Source: Pocillopora damicornis (taxonomy: Eukaryota). From it: a stretch of 64,000 bases of DNA. Where the stretch lies: the NCBI RefSeq assembly GCF_003704095.1, contig NW_020843503.1, forward strand, positions 62,001 to 126,000. The letters are read 5' to 3'. Shown here piece after piece: positions 50,547 to 64,000 of this stretch (positions are counted from its first letter, which is position 1; the number at the start of each line of letters is the position of its first letter). The translations under genes were made by a program, and so were the position numbers. A model generated the notes under the pieces. The model was not told where the DNA came from. It ran no database searches and was given only the letters and a program-made list of their open reading frames with translations.

Positions 50547-51697
50547 GCGTAGATATCAGTAACGAAAAAGCAGGATATCGAGTTAAGTATTTTTTCCAGT
50601 TGCGTCGTTTCGAAGTTGTTTCACTTCAAATCGAAAGTTGTTTTACCACAAATCTAGAGCGACGTATGGAAAGAGAGACTGTTGTGTAAACGTTGCACGA
50701 ATGAGGAAGAGCTATTCTCTTTTGCAGCCACTGTTCGCTCACGTTAACTTATAGATAGCTCAGAAGCGTAGTCAGTAAAGTAGCCAATCAGATAACAGCT
50801 TTTGTGATAACACGCAACTAGATTTAAAAGATTAAATTACATCTAGAACATCGGACGTAAATTTATTGAAAATAAACAATGTTAGATATGATATAAGAAA
50901 AATGAAACAATTGAATCCGAACTACTTTAAACCATTTTTGAGACTTCAGATAAGTCACCACACGTCTTGGTGTGTGTTATGATATTTGTCAATCAGGGTT
51001 TTAATATAGATATTTACAAGTTTATACCACTTTCTTCTCAAGAATGTTCTGTTTTATCTAGATGTCACTTTACAAATGAGAATAATCTATTATTCAGCTA
51101 CACATATACCACACTACTTACCTTATACAGTATTTAAAAGACATTATAAAACTAATTACTCTTACCTTCACAACAATTTATTCGCATCCTTCAGTCATAC
51201 TTGCAAACACACCATTGAAACAAGTTCAAATATTTTTGAATAAATAAAAATTGTGATATTTAATTTTATTAGATGGCTTAATTTGTATCTCTCGTTTATA
51301 TCAAATACACCGCTTTTCCATTTGAACTTGTTGAAATCTGTAATACACAGCATCCGAACCTGTCTCAAATGTTAAGAAATGTATGATTACTTGCTTCTCG
51401 GATGTAAAATGGTAACATCACTGCTCAGGGGTCATTGCAAGAGACTGTAGGTCAGGTTTGCTTGAGGAAAATCAACCTTTTGTTCGTGCAAGTTTTGAAA
51501 GATTAGAAGAGGCCTAGCATTCCAGAGCTTATCCCGTTTTCCTGGTTTCCTTTAATGAGATGCTAGTTAATTTTGTGTTGCCCAACCCACCACACCCAAG
51601 TAGTTTTCCAAACAGCATGTTGTTACGTGAGAGCCATTTTCAGCGGCTGTTTTACATCAAGATTTTTACAACGTTATTTACCTACCTTTTGGTGGTA

Positions 51698-51851
51698 CGG
51701 TCGAACCGGTGTTAAGTGGCACCGTATTAAGCGATCACCTTGTATTAAATGGTCATTGTCAAAGTCCCGAATTGGTTTCCGCTTAATCACTGTAATGTTA
51801 GCGGTCATCTTTGTATACCCCGTGGGTGACCGCTTAATACAGGTTCGACTG
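51698..51851. mobile_element. Tc1/mariner-pogo-type MITE with TA target duplication
   Basis: TA-cggtcgaaccggtgttaagtggcacc ... ggtgaccgcttaatacaggttcgactg-TA, with internal sub-repeats of tattaagcg.tcacc. Confidence 0.8.
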
Positions 51852-53931
51852 TATTTCCCTTTTATTACCCAAGTTTTTTCGAGATGTCCGAGTAGGGCCT
51901 CGACCACAGATTCAATTTCGCAGTGTCCATAGACAATGTTTACGTATTACATCACGCTATTCCGTTCTAGTACGTGAAGACCCGTTTCTGGTTCAAAATT
52001 AGATGAAAACAATCTTGATAGCTTCTCTGAAAGCACAAATACCTATTACTTTAGTTCATTTCCCTCATCGAAAAAGGCGCAGTTTGAATTATATTAAAAC
52101 TTTACATGAGGCAATTCCTAGGTTAGAGTTCAAGGTCAAACGTGCATAGCTCAGGTAAGGGGGGGGGAGGGAGGGAAATAATCTACCTCTTATGGTTGAA
52201 AAGGTATGTCACACCCTTCAATATCATTTCTTCTTGCTAGTATGACACAGCTTTGAGGCAAGAAACCTCAGGAAATTCAGGAACATGAGGAGATTCAAAA
52301 CTGTTTCCCAGCCTATGTAGCCCCCGTTATTTGATAATTCAATATAAGTCTTTTATCTGTGTCTTTGAGGATGGTATGGCCCACTAAATTGACCAATCAT
52401 ACTGCATCATACTAACTAGATGTTATAAGAGAAGATTATGAGACAAGAAACCAAGTTGCCCTTACAAACTTTTATTTTTAATAGCAGTATTACCATAATG
52501 TATACATTATTTCCCCTCTTTTTTTTTTCATAATCCATTTAACTCATGATGAATGTTACAAAAATTTTCCACTCAAAAATGTAAGCTTACAGCTGATGTA
52601 TATAATTAGTTACCCTAAGTGACTAATGCTGTCAGGGAAGAGAAAAAGGCCTGCCGCCACCTAGGGCTTGTTTGTAGCTTGCATTTAGCTTTCTAAGTAT
52701 TCCACTTACCTCTGAGAAGAATTTGCAGATTCAGAACATTGAAAGTCACTTAAAACTAGCTAATAAAACCACCCTAATCTGAAAATTATCATCATGGCTA
52801 CATACTATACTACTGAGTGGAGTGGAGTTGGAAACTTTATCAGACTATCATGTACTATGCTACCATTAACATTACACTCTATCTAAATAACATTTACAGC
52901 TTTGAATCATATAAAAATATAGTGAATGGATGGTATTATATCACATCTGCAAGAGCCACTGAGCATTAAGAATGAAATTTTAATGTGATGATTCTTTGAT
53001 TATGAGAAAATTATTAATGCAGATTTTGTTTGTTTAAACTGGTATTTATCTTACACTTTGTGTTCATAGATTATTCCCAATGCAGCTATTTTAAATTCTA
53101 ACTCTTTTTCTTTGGAGGGTGTAAGAGCTTCATTTCAGATTCTTCACAAACATAACTGATAATGATAATGGAGATAATTCTCATGTGGTTCTTATTAACT
53201 CTAACTTTTCACTTTAGCTAAATAAGATTCATCTCTCTATAATATCACTTTGACCATTTGGAAAGGTGAGAAATATTCAGATACTGTATTCTCAGGGACA
53301 GACGCATGCATGTTTGCCATTTCATCCTAAACCTTTGATGCTACATGCAGTTCATTTAATGCATACTTTTCCACTTGTGATTAAAAATTCTTTGCCAAAT
53401 TACATTAATTTTAATTAAATGAAAAGTAGTTCAGATTATCAAGTCAAACAGAAGGTCTGTCCTCACCTAAAGACCTGAAAAGAATCATCAGAAAATCAGT
53501 GGTACATTCCAAACCATACAGAGGAATGTGACATTGGTTTTTGAATATCTGTCTGCCCTTGATCATACTGCTTGAGCCACCAATTTCCCAGTCTTCCTAA
53601 TGAGTCAAAAAGTGTTTTATACTATGTACTGTACATTTTGCCTCAGGGATTTAACAGATTTGATGGAAAAAATTGCATGAGAGAGCCAAAGAGAGATTTA
53701 ACTGTACAAATTTGACTGTGGGCCTGTTAGTCTGGTTTGCCCACAAGGGTTGATGCATGTTTGCCAACTTTAGGTTGACAGCATAACAATTTGAAAGAAA
53801 ACTGTGCAGTAATTGTTGACAATTTTTTGGTACAAGCCTAACGAATAATGAGTGATGATCCAGTTCATAAAAACATGCAACTTGAACCAATAAAAATTGC
53901 ACTGGAGAACAATAGTATTGGTATATTAAAT

Positions 53932-56900
53932 TCATTTGGTGGATGATGTGACACTTTTTATTTGAGCTGCAACCTCCTTTTGCATGGCAAGTGTCTGACT
54001 AAATTTCTGTTCTACTAAATTAATGGAGGAGATAGCTTGGAAAAGAGATCCTGCAGGAATATCATCTGGTAACTTTGAGAGAAACTGGCCCAGGTGAATG
54101 AAATCCATTTCCAGTAGTTCATCTTGGTAAAACTTCAGTATTCCTGATAGAGGAAAAAGAAACTAAAGTTAACCTGGAAATTATTTACAAAGCAAGCCTG
54201 CAATTTATTGAATTCTTCACAAATAATAGAAGGAAATACAAATTTATTTAACAAAAACATTTTTTAATAACTTTACCTACATGACTGGAACAATTTATTT
54301 TCTAAGAATTGAATATATCTGGTTAGGGTTATGAGGCCTTAAACAATAGGTATTAATGTAGCCTGCACTATTTTGAATGCCTACTCTAAATGTAAATTTC
54401 AAAACATACAAGATCATCAGTAAGAAACTCACCAAGTGCAGCTCTGAAAAGGAATTCTTCTCCATCTCTACAGAACACATCCCATACTCTAGATGCTATG
54501 TCCAGTGGTAATGACTTGCTAAACAATGTGAATGTCCTGCAATAATTTTTAAATAGATCTTGTTGACCTTGTTGTTCCGATGTTTCATTACAACAGTATT
54601 TTCTTTGACAATTGGTCATAGCTTATGTGGACAAAGGGTTGTAATACTTAGACCATATACTTTCATGTCATTTTCCCAATTTTTTTTTAATACTGGCGGC
54701 CATCTTATTTAGGAGTCCATTCATACCTTATACAATTTTGTTTTTAAATAAATTTAAAAAAAAACATTAATTGAAGACATCTCAAATGAACCAGAATTAT
54801 CATCCATTCTAAAATACAAAATTTAAAGTAATTCTAGATAATACTATAAAATTTAAAGCTACGAAAATACAGCCCTTACCAGTCAATTAAGTACATATCT
54901 GGTGTGAAGTTTTCTTCAATAAAATGTGCATGAACAGAAGGTAGGAACTCTTCTAGAAATATCTGAAATGCTGCAAAGTAAGCTACCATCTATGAAAGAA
55001 ACAAAAAAATCTATTAATTTTTACTACATTTGTTACACAAGTAATGTCAGTTTAAATAAGATATTTGATCCACAAATAAATCAGATGTAGGGTAGAAATG
55101 AAAGTAACCTACTCTAATTCAAATGGGAATCAAGCCCAAAGGTGGAAAAGCAAAACTTTCTGAAAGCACTTACCATTGGGTGATCCACCCTAAAGAATGC
55201 CAGCTGACAAGGTTTATTGAGAAGGTTTGCAAAACAAATAAATGCATCAGAAGGTTCCATATTTAGCAATAAAACTGCTGCAAGAAAGGACATTCCCTGA
55301 ACCTGAAAAGCAGAACAGGGTTCCTCATGAAAATCAACTAATTTAAAATTAACTACTTTAATGTATAGTGACCACTTTTATAAATGTGTCTTTCTCTATT
55401 GAAAATAGTTTGATACCTAACAAAGAATACAAATTGCCATCTTTAAATTTGCTATTAATTGAAAGCATTTGTTATTTGTTCCACAACAATGGGACAAATT
55501 CTGTCAGTAAGTTCACAAAAAAAAAAAGGAAATAAATGTTTTAACTCCAACAAAATTAACATGGGGAAGTCACTTAAGAATTATAGCACTAAAAGCTACT
55601 GTGTTAAACAAAAAGCAATGTATAATGACTCACATATCCCACATCAGGTCGATAACATGTGTATGCTCCTAAAATACTATGTAGAACATCGTGGAATGGG
55701 CCACCCTTCAAAACAAGATCAACAGAAAGCCTTGTTCTGAGTAACAAAATAATATTTTCCATAAAATATACTGAATTGAGAAAAGAGAAAGTTCCTGAAA
55801 AATTTCAAGGCTTCATCAAGATTTGAAAAACAACTTGTGTTACAACAGTGAAATGTACAATCAACTTTTCTATAAAGCCATTAGCACTGAGAGCCAAAAA
55901 GTAATTTGTTTCTCTGGATGGTAAATACAAGAATACAGAAAAATACCACATAACTGCAGAACAGTGTGGGATATATAAAAAGATGCTTACTGTAAATCGG
56001 CTATTTCTACATTTTTTTGTGTTACTTACATTAGTTCTCTCAAAAATTGACTTGCGTTGTACTTAGATGACCCTTGGTGCATATGTGTATGACTATTTTA
56101 TGGTAATAAGAGTACTTCTGCAGAAGTAATAAATATGCAGGGTAGGACAATTACCTCTTGAAAGATACAGAGTGATGGAAATGTGCGTGAAACATCCATG
56201 ACAATGAGTTCTACTGTGTGAGCCTTACTGACAACTGGATGGTCACTGGCTGGTAGCTCTGCAACTGTCTGTGTTACATTTTTCTGCTTGTTGAGGCGTG
56301 TTGTGAAGAGTTTTTCATATGCATGGGACTGGAATATGTCAAATAATTCTGAAAAAAAGTCACAACACTTAATCAATAGGTGCAGTTGTAAGCAATTCAA
56401 CTGTTCACTATTGCTAACAAGGAAAACCAACCTTGAGTAATGTGTAAATCATTTCCAATAGCAAGCTTCCACACTTTTCCACGCACACTTGGTGGAAGGC
56501 CCTGCCACCAAAGTTCTCTTGTTTTCTTTGCATGTTGCCTGAATGGGGACATGGAGATTATATTCTCACTTATAAATGAATTTATTCTATGTCCAATAAG
56601 TGCTAAAATCAAAGAAAAGTAACAAACTTAACTAGCAGTTCATAAAAAAATTAAGAATAATGATCTTACATTGTTTCCCAGTTGGGCAATATTTCATTTG
56701 TCCACACAGAAGCAGCAGAGACAATCCCATCTTCCTGTTTACATTTTTCTTTAAGTTTTTTCTCTTGCAGCTTTAAGTCTTTCAGTTCTACAGTTGCAAA
56801 GTAAAATCAGTGGTGTCATGAAGTATTTGAATCAAAATAATGTCACCTTATGGAGAAACAAAGGCCTTGTGGTTAGCAAATTAGAATCTATATTAAGAAG

Positions 56901-59900
56901 TTCAAGTCTCAGCCCCACGTAGCAAACAAATTTTAACCTGGCCTTTGACTCCCATAAGTGACCAGGACAAAATTGCTCCTTGCAATATCAAGACAATATG
57001 AAGCAGCAAGTCTTGAGAATAAATAAAAGTATCAATTAGGGGATTATTAGTTCATCCAATACCAAATTCTCCTAACTAACATCATAGGAATTGTATTTCA
57101 GACAGTAAAAAGAGTTGTGAGATTTTGAAGTGAAAGTGTTGAGGAAACCTACCAAAATATCAGGGATTATCTGTAAATACACATATCTTCTTTTCTTAAA
57201 ATTAATATAGAATCTTACTCATATGGTAAAAGGACGTCATCCATGCTTAAAAGAATACCTCATGATCTAATAAACTCAACATAGAGAAGTCTCAAAAAAA
57301 AAAATTGAGAGAGAACAATGCCAATTAGTACTTCTTTCACCTTTTTTCTTTGCTTCAGCCACCATGGCTTCATATTGCTTTCTGTGCTTTTTCTCTTCTG
57401 TAGGTGACTTAGCTGGAAGGTTGCTGAAATTTGAAAAGATAAAACTTGCTAAAACATATAATGGAAGTTGTCAAAACAACAAAAACATTTTTAAAATTAA
57501 ATATGGTCCTATCATTGATTCAAAGCTGAGAGTGATTTATTGAGCAATTACAAAACATCCACAAGATAACACCCAAGAAAATGAACTTATTAATCACTAG
57601 GGATACATTTATCTAAAATTTGATGACTGAATGAACCATCATACATTAAAGGTTTAACATATGTTAAAGGCACGGCCTCAAATAAAAAAAAAAAAAAAAA
57701 AGAGAAAAAAATTCATTCTGCATAAATAGATATCCCTGTAGGGTGAGCAGCTGTTCATTGTAGCTTGCCTACTCTGTGAAGATCAAGTAAAAACACAGTT
57801 TGGTCCAATCCCACAGCCCATGGCAAGCTAAATTTTAATTTTACCAAGCCTGAAGTGCAAGACAGCCTTGTTTCAGTTAATCTTTGTAGAACCAGTAAAA
57901 TTAATTTTTCAAAGCTGTTGAATGAAATTTAACATTACACTTTACATAACATGCTATTTATTCAAGATGCAACTGAATCATGAAAAGAAAACCAGAAGTT
58001 ATCTTTAAATGATAAAATGGATATTGCATGCATACAATGTAGGATTAACAAAATAAAATTACTGATGCAACTGTATGTACTTTATGAGAATGTGTAAGTT
58101 ATGATTTATAAACACAACTAACCCTGCCTCTTCTAAGATAAGATGTGACTTATTTATACCTGGGTCTGTTTTCAAAAATAAGAGCTGTAGTTGAGCTGCC
58201 TGTTGTCACCTTCCTCCTAATCGAAAGAAATTTGGGTTTGGAGGTTGGAGCAGTTGATGAAGGCTTATCACCAAAAGAACTACGCTTCAAATCTCCTGTA
58301 GATTGAAAGAAAAAAAAAAAAAAGAAATGGTTACCATTCTAAGCAGTATACATGTACCTAAAGAACAAATCTTTCTGGGACAACATGCTATTTCAGGGTG
58401 GCTCCCCTATGAAGACCAACAATTTGCCTTTTGAATTTAGGTTTTTTTTTAGGTAATCATCTGTATATTCCTGCCCTTACTTAACTATAACTATCCTGCT
58501 AATTGACGATTAATCTCTAACCTCTATCAAATGATGATGACTGGATATGAGAATCTTTATTGTTATCCCTTGCATCTTTAGCGGGAACCTTGCCAAATAA
58601 CTTCCAACCAGGAACAGGTTCCTTTTGAGTTGACTTTGAAAACAGTCCTCTAAAAGAATATACAGTGTACTGATTCAAACTTGTCTTATAATTCATCATT
58701 AAAATAGTAGACTCTCTAGGTAGAACAAGCACAGAACATTGATAGACAATTTACAGGCACCCAGAGGAATGAGAATATATGTACAACCTACATCAGTACA
58801 CACATGTAAATTTAGCAAAGCCTAAAAGTCAAGCTCTGAATGTTATTTCCTTGGCATGTATAACCAATAAAATTAAGCCCCATTGAACAGGGCATGTATT
58901 TGTGAATCAATCTCTGTTTTCACAAATTTATTAAAACCTTGGTCAAGACATATAAACAGTGACAAAAATAATCTATAATGAAGGATGAAAAGTCTTTGAA
59001 AACATGTACTTAATAAATGATAATTCTATTTTGATCATCAAATTGCTTGTAGAGCATGTTAACCTGATTCCATCATGGAAACTACAAACTAATTTCTTTA
59101 ATAAACAAGCAAATAATATAATTAAGGATCTGATAATCCTTTTCACGCCTCATAAAGACTACTTGTGGTACAGCAAAATTCCTGCATGCTTTATAATATC
59201 ATGTGGACCAAAAAGACTCTGAAACTAATTGTTATGTAAAAAGAACTTGGCAAGATTCATAACAAGTCAAGAGCAATTTCCTGTACATCATAATAAATGC
59301 ATACTTAACATTATTAAAAGGAAAATAAAACTCTGAATAACCACGCAGTCATGTGAATAATGAATGCCAAATTAAAGAAAAGTGGAGAATAACAATCAAT
59401 AACGACAGGCTACAGTTAATAAAACAAATCTTCTGCAATGTAATTTCAACAAATTATACAAATTAATGGTGTACGTGTGAATAGATCAGAGGTGCAATAT
59501 ACCAGAAATGATGCATGTGCAATACAATATACTACTAGTTTGATTAAATGAACAATATGATAATTGAAATATTTTATTCACATTTTTATCTCAAAGCAAC
59601 ACTGCAGGATGACCATCTTGTACATGCATAATTTAAAAAAAGCATTTGATCTCACCTTTTCTGTCTGTAATACATATATTATGGTTTACTTTGGAAGGTT
59701 TCCCACAATTGTAAATGAAGCAAGTAACTAAAACAGGTTATTTAAGTTTCAAAACTGCAATATTTATCTTCCTTGTTTTTTTTTTTTTTTTTTTTTGGAC
59801 CAAGGATGCTTAATTTTGGAAACAAGCTCACTTCTAAAAGCAGCACTGCTTCTAGTTTCAATTTCGTAAAGGCTTATCTTAATATCACCGCTCACCCACA

Positions 59901-60857
59901 CACCACAAAGCGAACCCTGAAATGTATGTGTGACAGTGTACAACATTGTAACACATGCTGTGCAATAAAAATAACCTCATAAACAACTTACTTTAGTTTG
60001 CCCTGCTTTTGTGACTTTTCTTGATCTGTAACAGGAACTGTCTTCATACTCGAACTTGGACTCGGTGCGTAAGTATTAGAGGATTTCGGAATCCAGGCCG
60101 CTACTGTTTCATCTATAGCAAATCTAGATATCTGTTGGTACAGGTCGGGGCTAAATTGAGAGTTGTTAAGTGGGATCTCTTCTAGTTCTTCATCTCTAAC
60201 AGTAGAACTAATTCCACTATCCTCAGTACAACTAGTAACTGATGAACACGCACTGAATTCCACATCACTACTTGGTGAATCTGACGATAAGGCACTACCT
60301 TTTTCTAAGTTTGTACTACCGTGGGAGTTCTTCTCATTTGTCCATTTTACAAAATTCTTATCGAGCAGATCATCGGAAGAATTAGCGTTTTGTCTAACAA
60401 GGGGGAAAACTTCATCACTGTCCTCAACTGAAGGTTCCCTGCGGTGATTGGAGCCAAGGAGATTTTCTGAAGAATTGTTTACTACAGAACAATCTTGACT
60501 CGCTTCTTCACCATGAGGAAATGTACATATATCAGGATTGGTTGACGCTTCGTGCACATCTTCCGAAGATTGTACACTCTCTTTCGCTTTTGTCACCTTG
60601 CTGCGTTCTGACTCTTCTTTAATAATAGCGTCACGATTTGTTTCGTGGCAGTCTTTTTGTATTATTCCCTCAGTTTCAGGAGACAATTTTGGCATTCGGG
60701 CGTTTTGAGATTGTTCATCATCTGTAAATGGCTGGTTTGTCAATAAAGATTCACTGCAATTCGTCTCACCAGATTCATCTTGATCTTCCTCTAATCCATT
60801 CGAACCCTCCGTTACGTGTTTAGAGATAACAGCATAGTTCTTCATTGAACTCAACAT
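53932..60857 (-). CDS. TBC1D14: TBC1 domain family member 12/14-like Rab-GAP (12 core exons, ~752 aa)
   Basis: Exons 60857-59992, 58649-58522, 58295-58160, 57423-57341, 56787-56670, 56538-56432, 56348-56155, 55705-55634, 55302-55174, 54989-54880, 54536-54433, 54143-53932; phase-consistent (2259 nt). Family motifs: [51 protein letters not shown] (R finger), [13 protein letters not shown] (Q finger), [14 protein letters not shown]. Probably co-orthologous to vertebrate TBC1D12 and TBC1D14. Confidence 0.95.
56933..57142. mobile_element. Decayed TTAA-type (piggyBac-like) MITE in a TBC1D intron
   Basis: ttaacc...ctttgactcccataagtgacc ... gaagtgaaagtgttga. The architecture resembles an inverted relative of the 16198-16385 element (accaaattctcc vs ggagaatttg). 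Confidence 0.55.
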
Positions 60858-61252
60858 TTTCGCAAAGCAAATATTCCTATTATGAGTTTTTCAGGCACCA
60901 AACGCCTTACGTTAGAGTCAAATTCAATTCCGACGAATATCCATTATCTTTCAACTCTCGTTCTCCTCTGCTTTTCCGAAAAGACTTACATCTCTGATTA
61001 AGCGGCAATTGTTCTCTCTTTTTCCTCCGGACGCTGGGTGACAACTTTTAGCCGGGATTATATAAGCGGTACTGCAGTGTGACATCGTATCAAGAGTCAC
61101 CCGCCATGTTGAGTTTACAATTTCGCTGATTATAACTCCCAGAATGCAAAGTCTCGGTAGGCTCCGGAAATGTCGGAGGTCTTCGGTTTGTAACCGAGAG
61201 CATTTCGGAGTAAACGTGGCGGGCAGATCGAATTGAACTACTACGGAGCAAA
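60858..61252. promoter_or_regulatory. Bidirectional CpG-rich promoter region shared by TBC1D12/14 and SFI1
   Basis: Only 395 bp separate the divergent ATGs. It contains a YY1 consensus CCGCCATGTT (61101-61110) and an ETS-type CCGGAAAT (61164-61171), with high CpG density. Confidence 0.7.
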
Positions 61253-64000
61253 ATGCAAGAAGACAGCCCAGGTAGCAGGGGAAAACGCACAAGAAATGAA
61301 CGTTACAGTACACCGACAAAGCCAAAGCAGTTGTCTGTGAAAGCTGCTCGGCAAAAGGCAAAGGAATTTGCCACAAAAGATGACAAGTCTACTCGTGTGT
61401 TGGCAAAGCAAGCCATATTGAAAGAACTCAGTACTCAACTTGTTGTCAGAGCTCACGGTGTTGTTCCAAAAAATCGAAGTGAGGAAGAACACACTAAGGA
61501 TCATCCAGGTACAATGGCAGAAAACATGTTTCATTTGAACCAAAGTGTTTTGGCTGACAAATGTTTGGCGGGAAATTTGAATATTGTATGAGCCAATGTC
61601 ATGCTTCCATATTGTTCTTTACTCAAATTTCATTTGCCTTTGTCACGGGCTATGGTAACGTGCGACAACGAGTTTCATAGAAAGAAAAACATAATTTGAA
61701 CCTATGATGAAACTGAACCACTACTGTAAATCGGGTACATACAGTACACATGTGATATCTATAGTAAGTCCTCGATAGCCAGACCAGTCTGAAACACATG
61801 AGATAATGTGTGTGAGGGTATTTTCAGCCTTGTGCTTGATGGCTTCTTTCCCTTTTTTCTTTCTTTCTTTTTTTTTTTTTTTTTCAAAGCAGACATAACA
61901 GACCATGGTAAGATTTCCGCAAGCCCCATACTATTGTAAAACAAATCTGTTTTCCCAATGGCAATCTATTGTTTTTGTTATTGTTTTCTCTATCCAAGAA
62001 CTGAATGCATAATGTAGTATGGGGCTGTGTGGAAATTTCACCCAGATTATTTCTTTGCACTTTTTTCCAGTGCATTTGACATTAAGCGATACAAAGAAAG
62101 AGGAACTGAAACCAGTTAAATCAACGTCCAAGATTCCAAGGTAATGATTTATCACCAACAAAGATACTCAACTGTGATATTTTTTGTTGTCAAGCAGTTA
62201 CTACAAAGTATGAGAAGTGGCAGAGACACTCAATAAATGGGGAGAAATGCATGGTTTAATTTACAACTGCATTTCTTTTGAGTTACCACTGCTGTGAAGG
62301 TACTTTATAATGTAAAGTCATGGGTTCTCTATTTGTTTTATTCTTAAACTTCTTGTTTAACTGTCAACAGAAGAGTGGATGAAACTTATACCAGTATACG
62401 AAACAAAAGACAGGCAAAATCTGTCACACAACCTAAAAGGAAGATTCCTAAAAAAGAAGCAGGTTTTGTTGATAAAAGAGACAACCAACATGAAGAAAGA
62501 AGGAATAGGTATACAATATAATTATTGATTCTTCACTATTAATTGATCTTTGTGCTGCTGAACTAATCATCAATTTTTTTTGCACTTTGAATCATCATCA
62601 AGATATTTTTGTATCTATAAAGGTTTTTAGCTAAGAAGTATCTATTGATCTGGGAAAAGAAGACATATGGAAGATTAACTCCAGCTACAGCAAGGTAACA
62701 GGGAGCTAGTTTATTTGCAGTAACTTCCTACAGCACTTGGTAAACCGATGATTGAATGTTACTTTGATTTTTTATAACTTACTGGATCGTATTTATTTAC
62801 TGTATACATGCACTATGTGGTTAAAACTTAGTTTCATTGCCATTATTGGATTTGGAATGAAATTTTTGATCTATTTGTACTCCTGAAATCTGAAATAGGA
62901 CTGATTTCTAGCATTAATGTTCTATTTCTTATTAGTTGGAAAAAAATGCAATTTTAAGAAAAAATATGTGCATTTATTTATAAAATTGGATCTGTAAACC
63001 AATCGTATTGCGAGGATCAGTAATTATATCAAAATGGATATATTGAATATGAATTATCAAATAATGCTTTTGAAACAACTTGAGGAGAACATTAGGTTTT
63101 CATTAATTATTAGGGTGAAAACTTTTGAAAGGGGTTCTGTTGAGGAATTTTTGTTGAGTAATGATTTGCATATTACCATCATTATTGACTTACAGAGCCC
63201 ATTATGAAAGAAAGCTTAAGCAACATACACTGCAGGTATGGCAGGATATTTGGTGGACAGGGAGAAAAGGGTGGAAGCTTAATGTCAGAGCTGATTATCA
63301 CAATAGGTAAAGATCTATATTTGTACACTGTTGCATTTTTATGAGAGATAAATCACAATTTAACAATGTATTTAACATTGTAAAACTCATCATACCCCAA
63401 CCCTTACTAAGGCATACATGTACTGTATGTGGAAATGTAATGATATGAATTGTACAGTAAAAGTTTGATTATGATACATTAGTGAAACTCCTATAATGAT
63501 AACCACCCATAAAGGCATAGACTCCCTTTCAACCAGCCATGTGAGAGGAAATATCTAATAAATATTTTTTGCTTGAATTGTAATACAGTACTTCGATAGC
63601 AGAGATACACACATCTTGGTACTCTGTCACTTATTAAGGAAGTACGCACATACATGTAACATGCTAAAATTAAATTGTAGAATATCTAGCAGATCCTTTA
63701 CAGAGTACCTTGGCTATTGTCATTAATGCTATGGTCAATTTGCCATTGGTGCGTCTTATGTAGATGTACAAGGTCTAACCCTGCAGTTCAAACTTGTCAA
63801 AAAGGCACTTAGTACACTGAGTTATCCTTATTATGTTACAAAGAGGCTACAGAAGGGACCTACTCCTCTATTTCCCTTTTTTAATTCCTTTCTGTTGTGT
63901 CCAATATCTATTTGGTAAATGTTCATGAACATATATCTTTTATTTATCTTCAGATATAGACTTTGGCAAAAGTCTTGGAAAGCATGGAGACAGTACATTA
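61253..64000 (+). CDS. SFI1: SFI1 centrin-binding centriolar protein, 5' part (continues beyond the window)
   Basis: Exons 61253-61508, 62071-62140, 62371-62508, 62623-62694, 63196-63306, 63954->64000; phase-consistent. The spliced peptide RFLAKKYLLIWEKKTYGRLTPATARAHYERKLKQHTLQVWQDIWWTGRKGWKLNVRADYHNRYRLWQKSWKAWRQY matches the N-terminal Trp-containing SFI1 repeats as I recall them (ARKFLYLW..TFGRV.PS.AR..WKL.VRADCHYR). Confidence 0.85.

Noticed and set aside
51573-51932. 119-aa and 77-aa ORFs
   Set aside because: They span the non-coding mariner/pogo-type MITE and have no transposase motifs.
50204-53900. Downstream NUDT9-H or alpha-kinase exons for TRPM
   Set aside because: The last exon ends in an in-frame TAA at 50201-50203; only MITEs and UTR-like sequence follow, with no Nudix or kinase motifs seen.
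59764-59946. Extra TBC1D exon (TTTTAG|AAGTGAGCTT...)
   Set aside because: An acceptor-like site exists, but the frame runs into a poly-A tract and a stop with no usable donor.
60951-61543. Minus-strand ORFs of 141 and 100 aa
   Set aside because: They overlap the GC-rich promoter and the antisense of SFI1 exon 1, with no recognisable protein features.

Overview
AT-rich, intron-containing animal genomic DNA. It is most likely a scleractinian coral, inferred from the gene families and from repeat types I recall from coral genomes; this was not checked. There are two 100-N scaffold gaps (9268-9367, 10579-10678). From left to right: (1) a minus-strand tandem array of two-exon K2P (KCNK-type) potassium channels, with three complete copies, one running off the left edge and one 3' remnant, interrupted by a nest of decayed DNA transposons at about 9.2-13.6 kb; (2) a plus-strand array of four single-exon class A GPCR paralogues whose decay increases leftward, only the rightmost being intact; (3) an orphan 224-aa ORF; (4) a complete 23-exon TRPM1/3/6/7-type channel (about 1271 aa) with no C-terminal enzyme domain, an altered TRP box and a Cys-free pore loop; (5) TBC1D12/14 on the minus strand, head-to-head across a ~400-bp CpG-rich promoter with SFI1 on the plus strand (truncated by the window edge). 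All exon models were built by hand from GT-AG boundaries and phase continuity. No prokaryotic-type system (CRISPR, operon) is present. The most interesting signals are a fossil junction suggesting K2P and GPCR were once duplicated together, the K2P/GPCR/TRPM co-location, the atypical TRPM, and two candidate frame-preserving microexons in TBC1D12/14.
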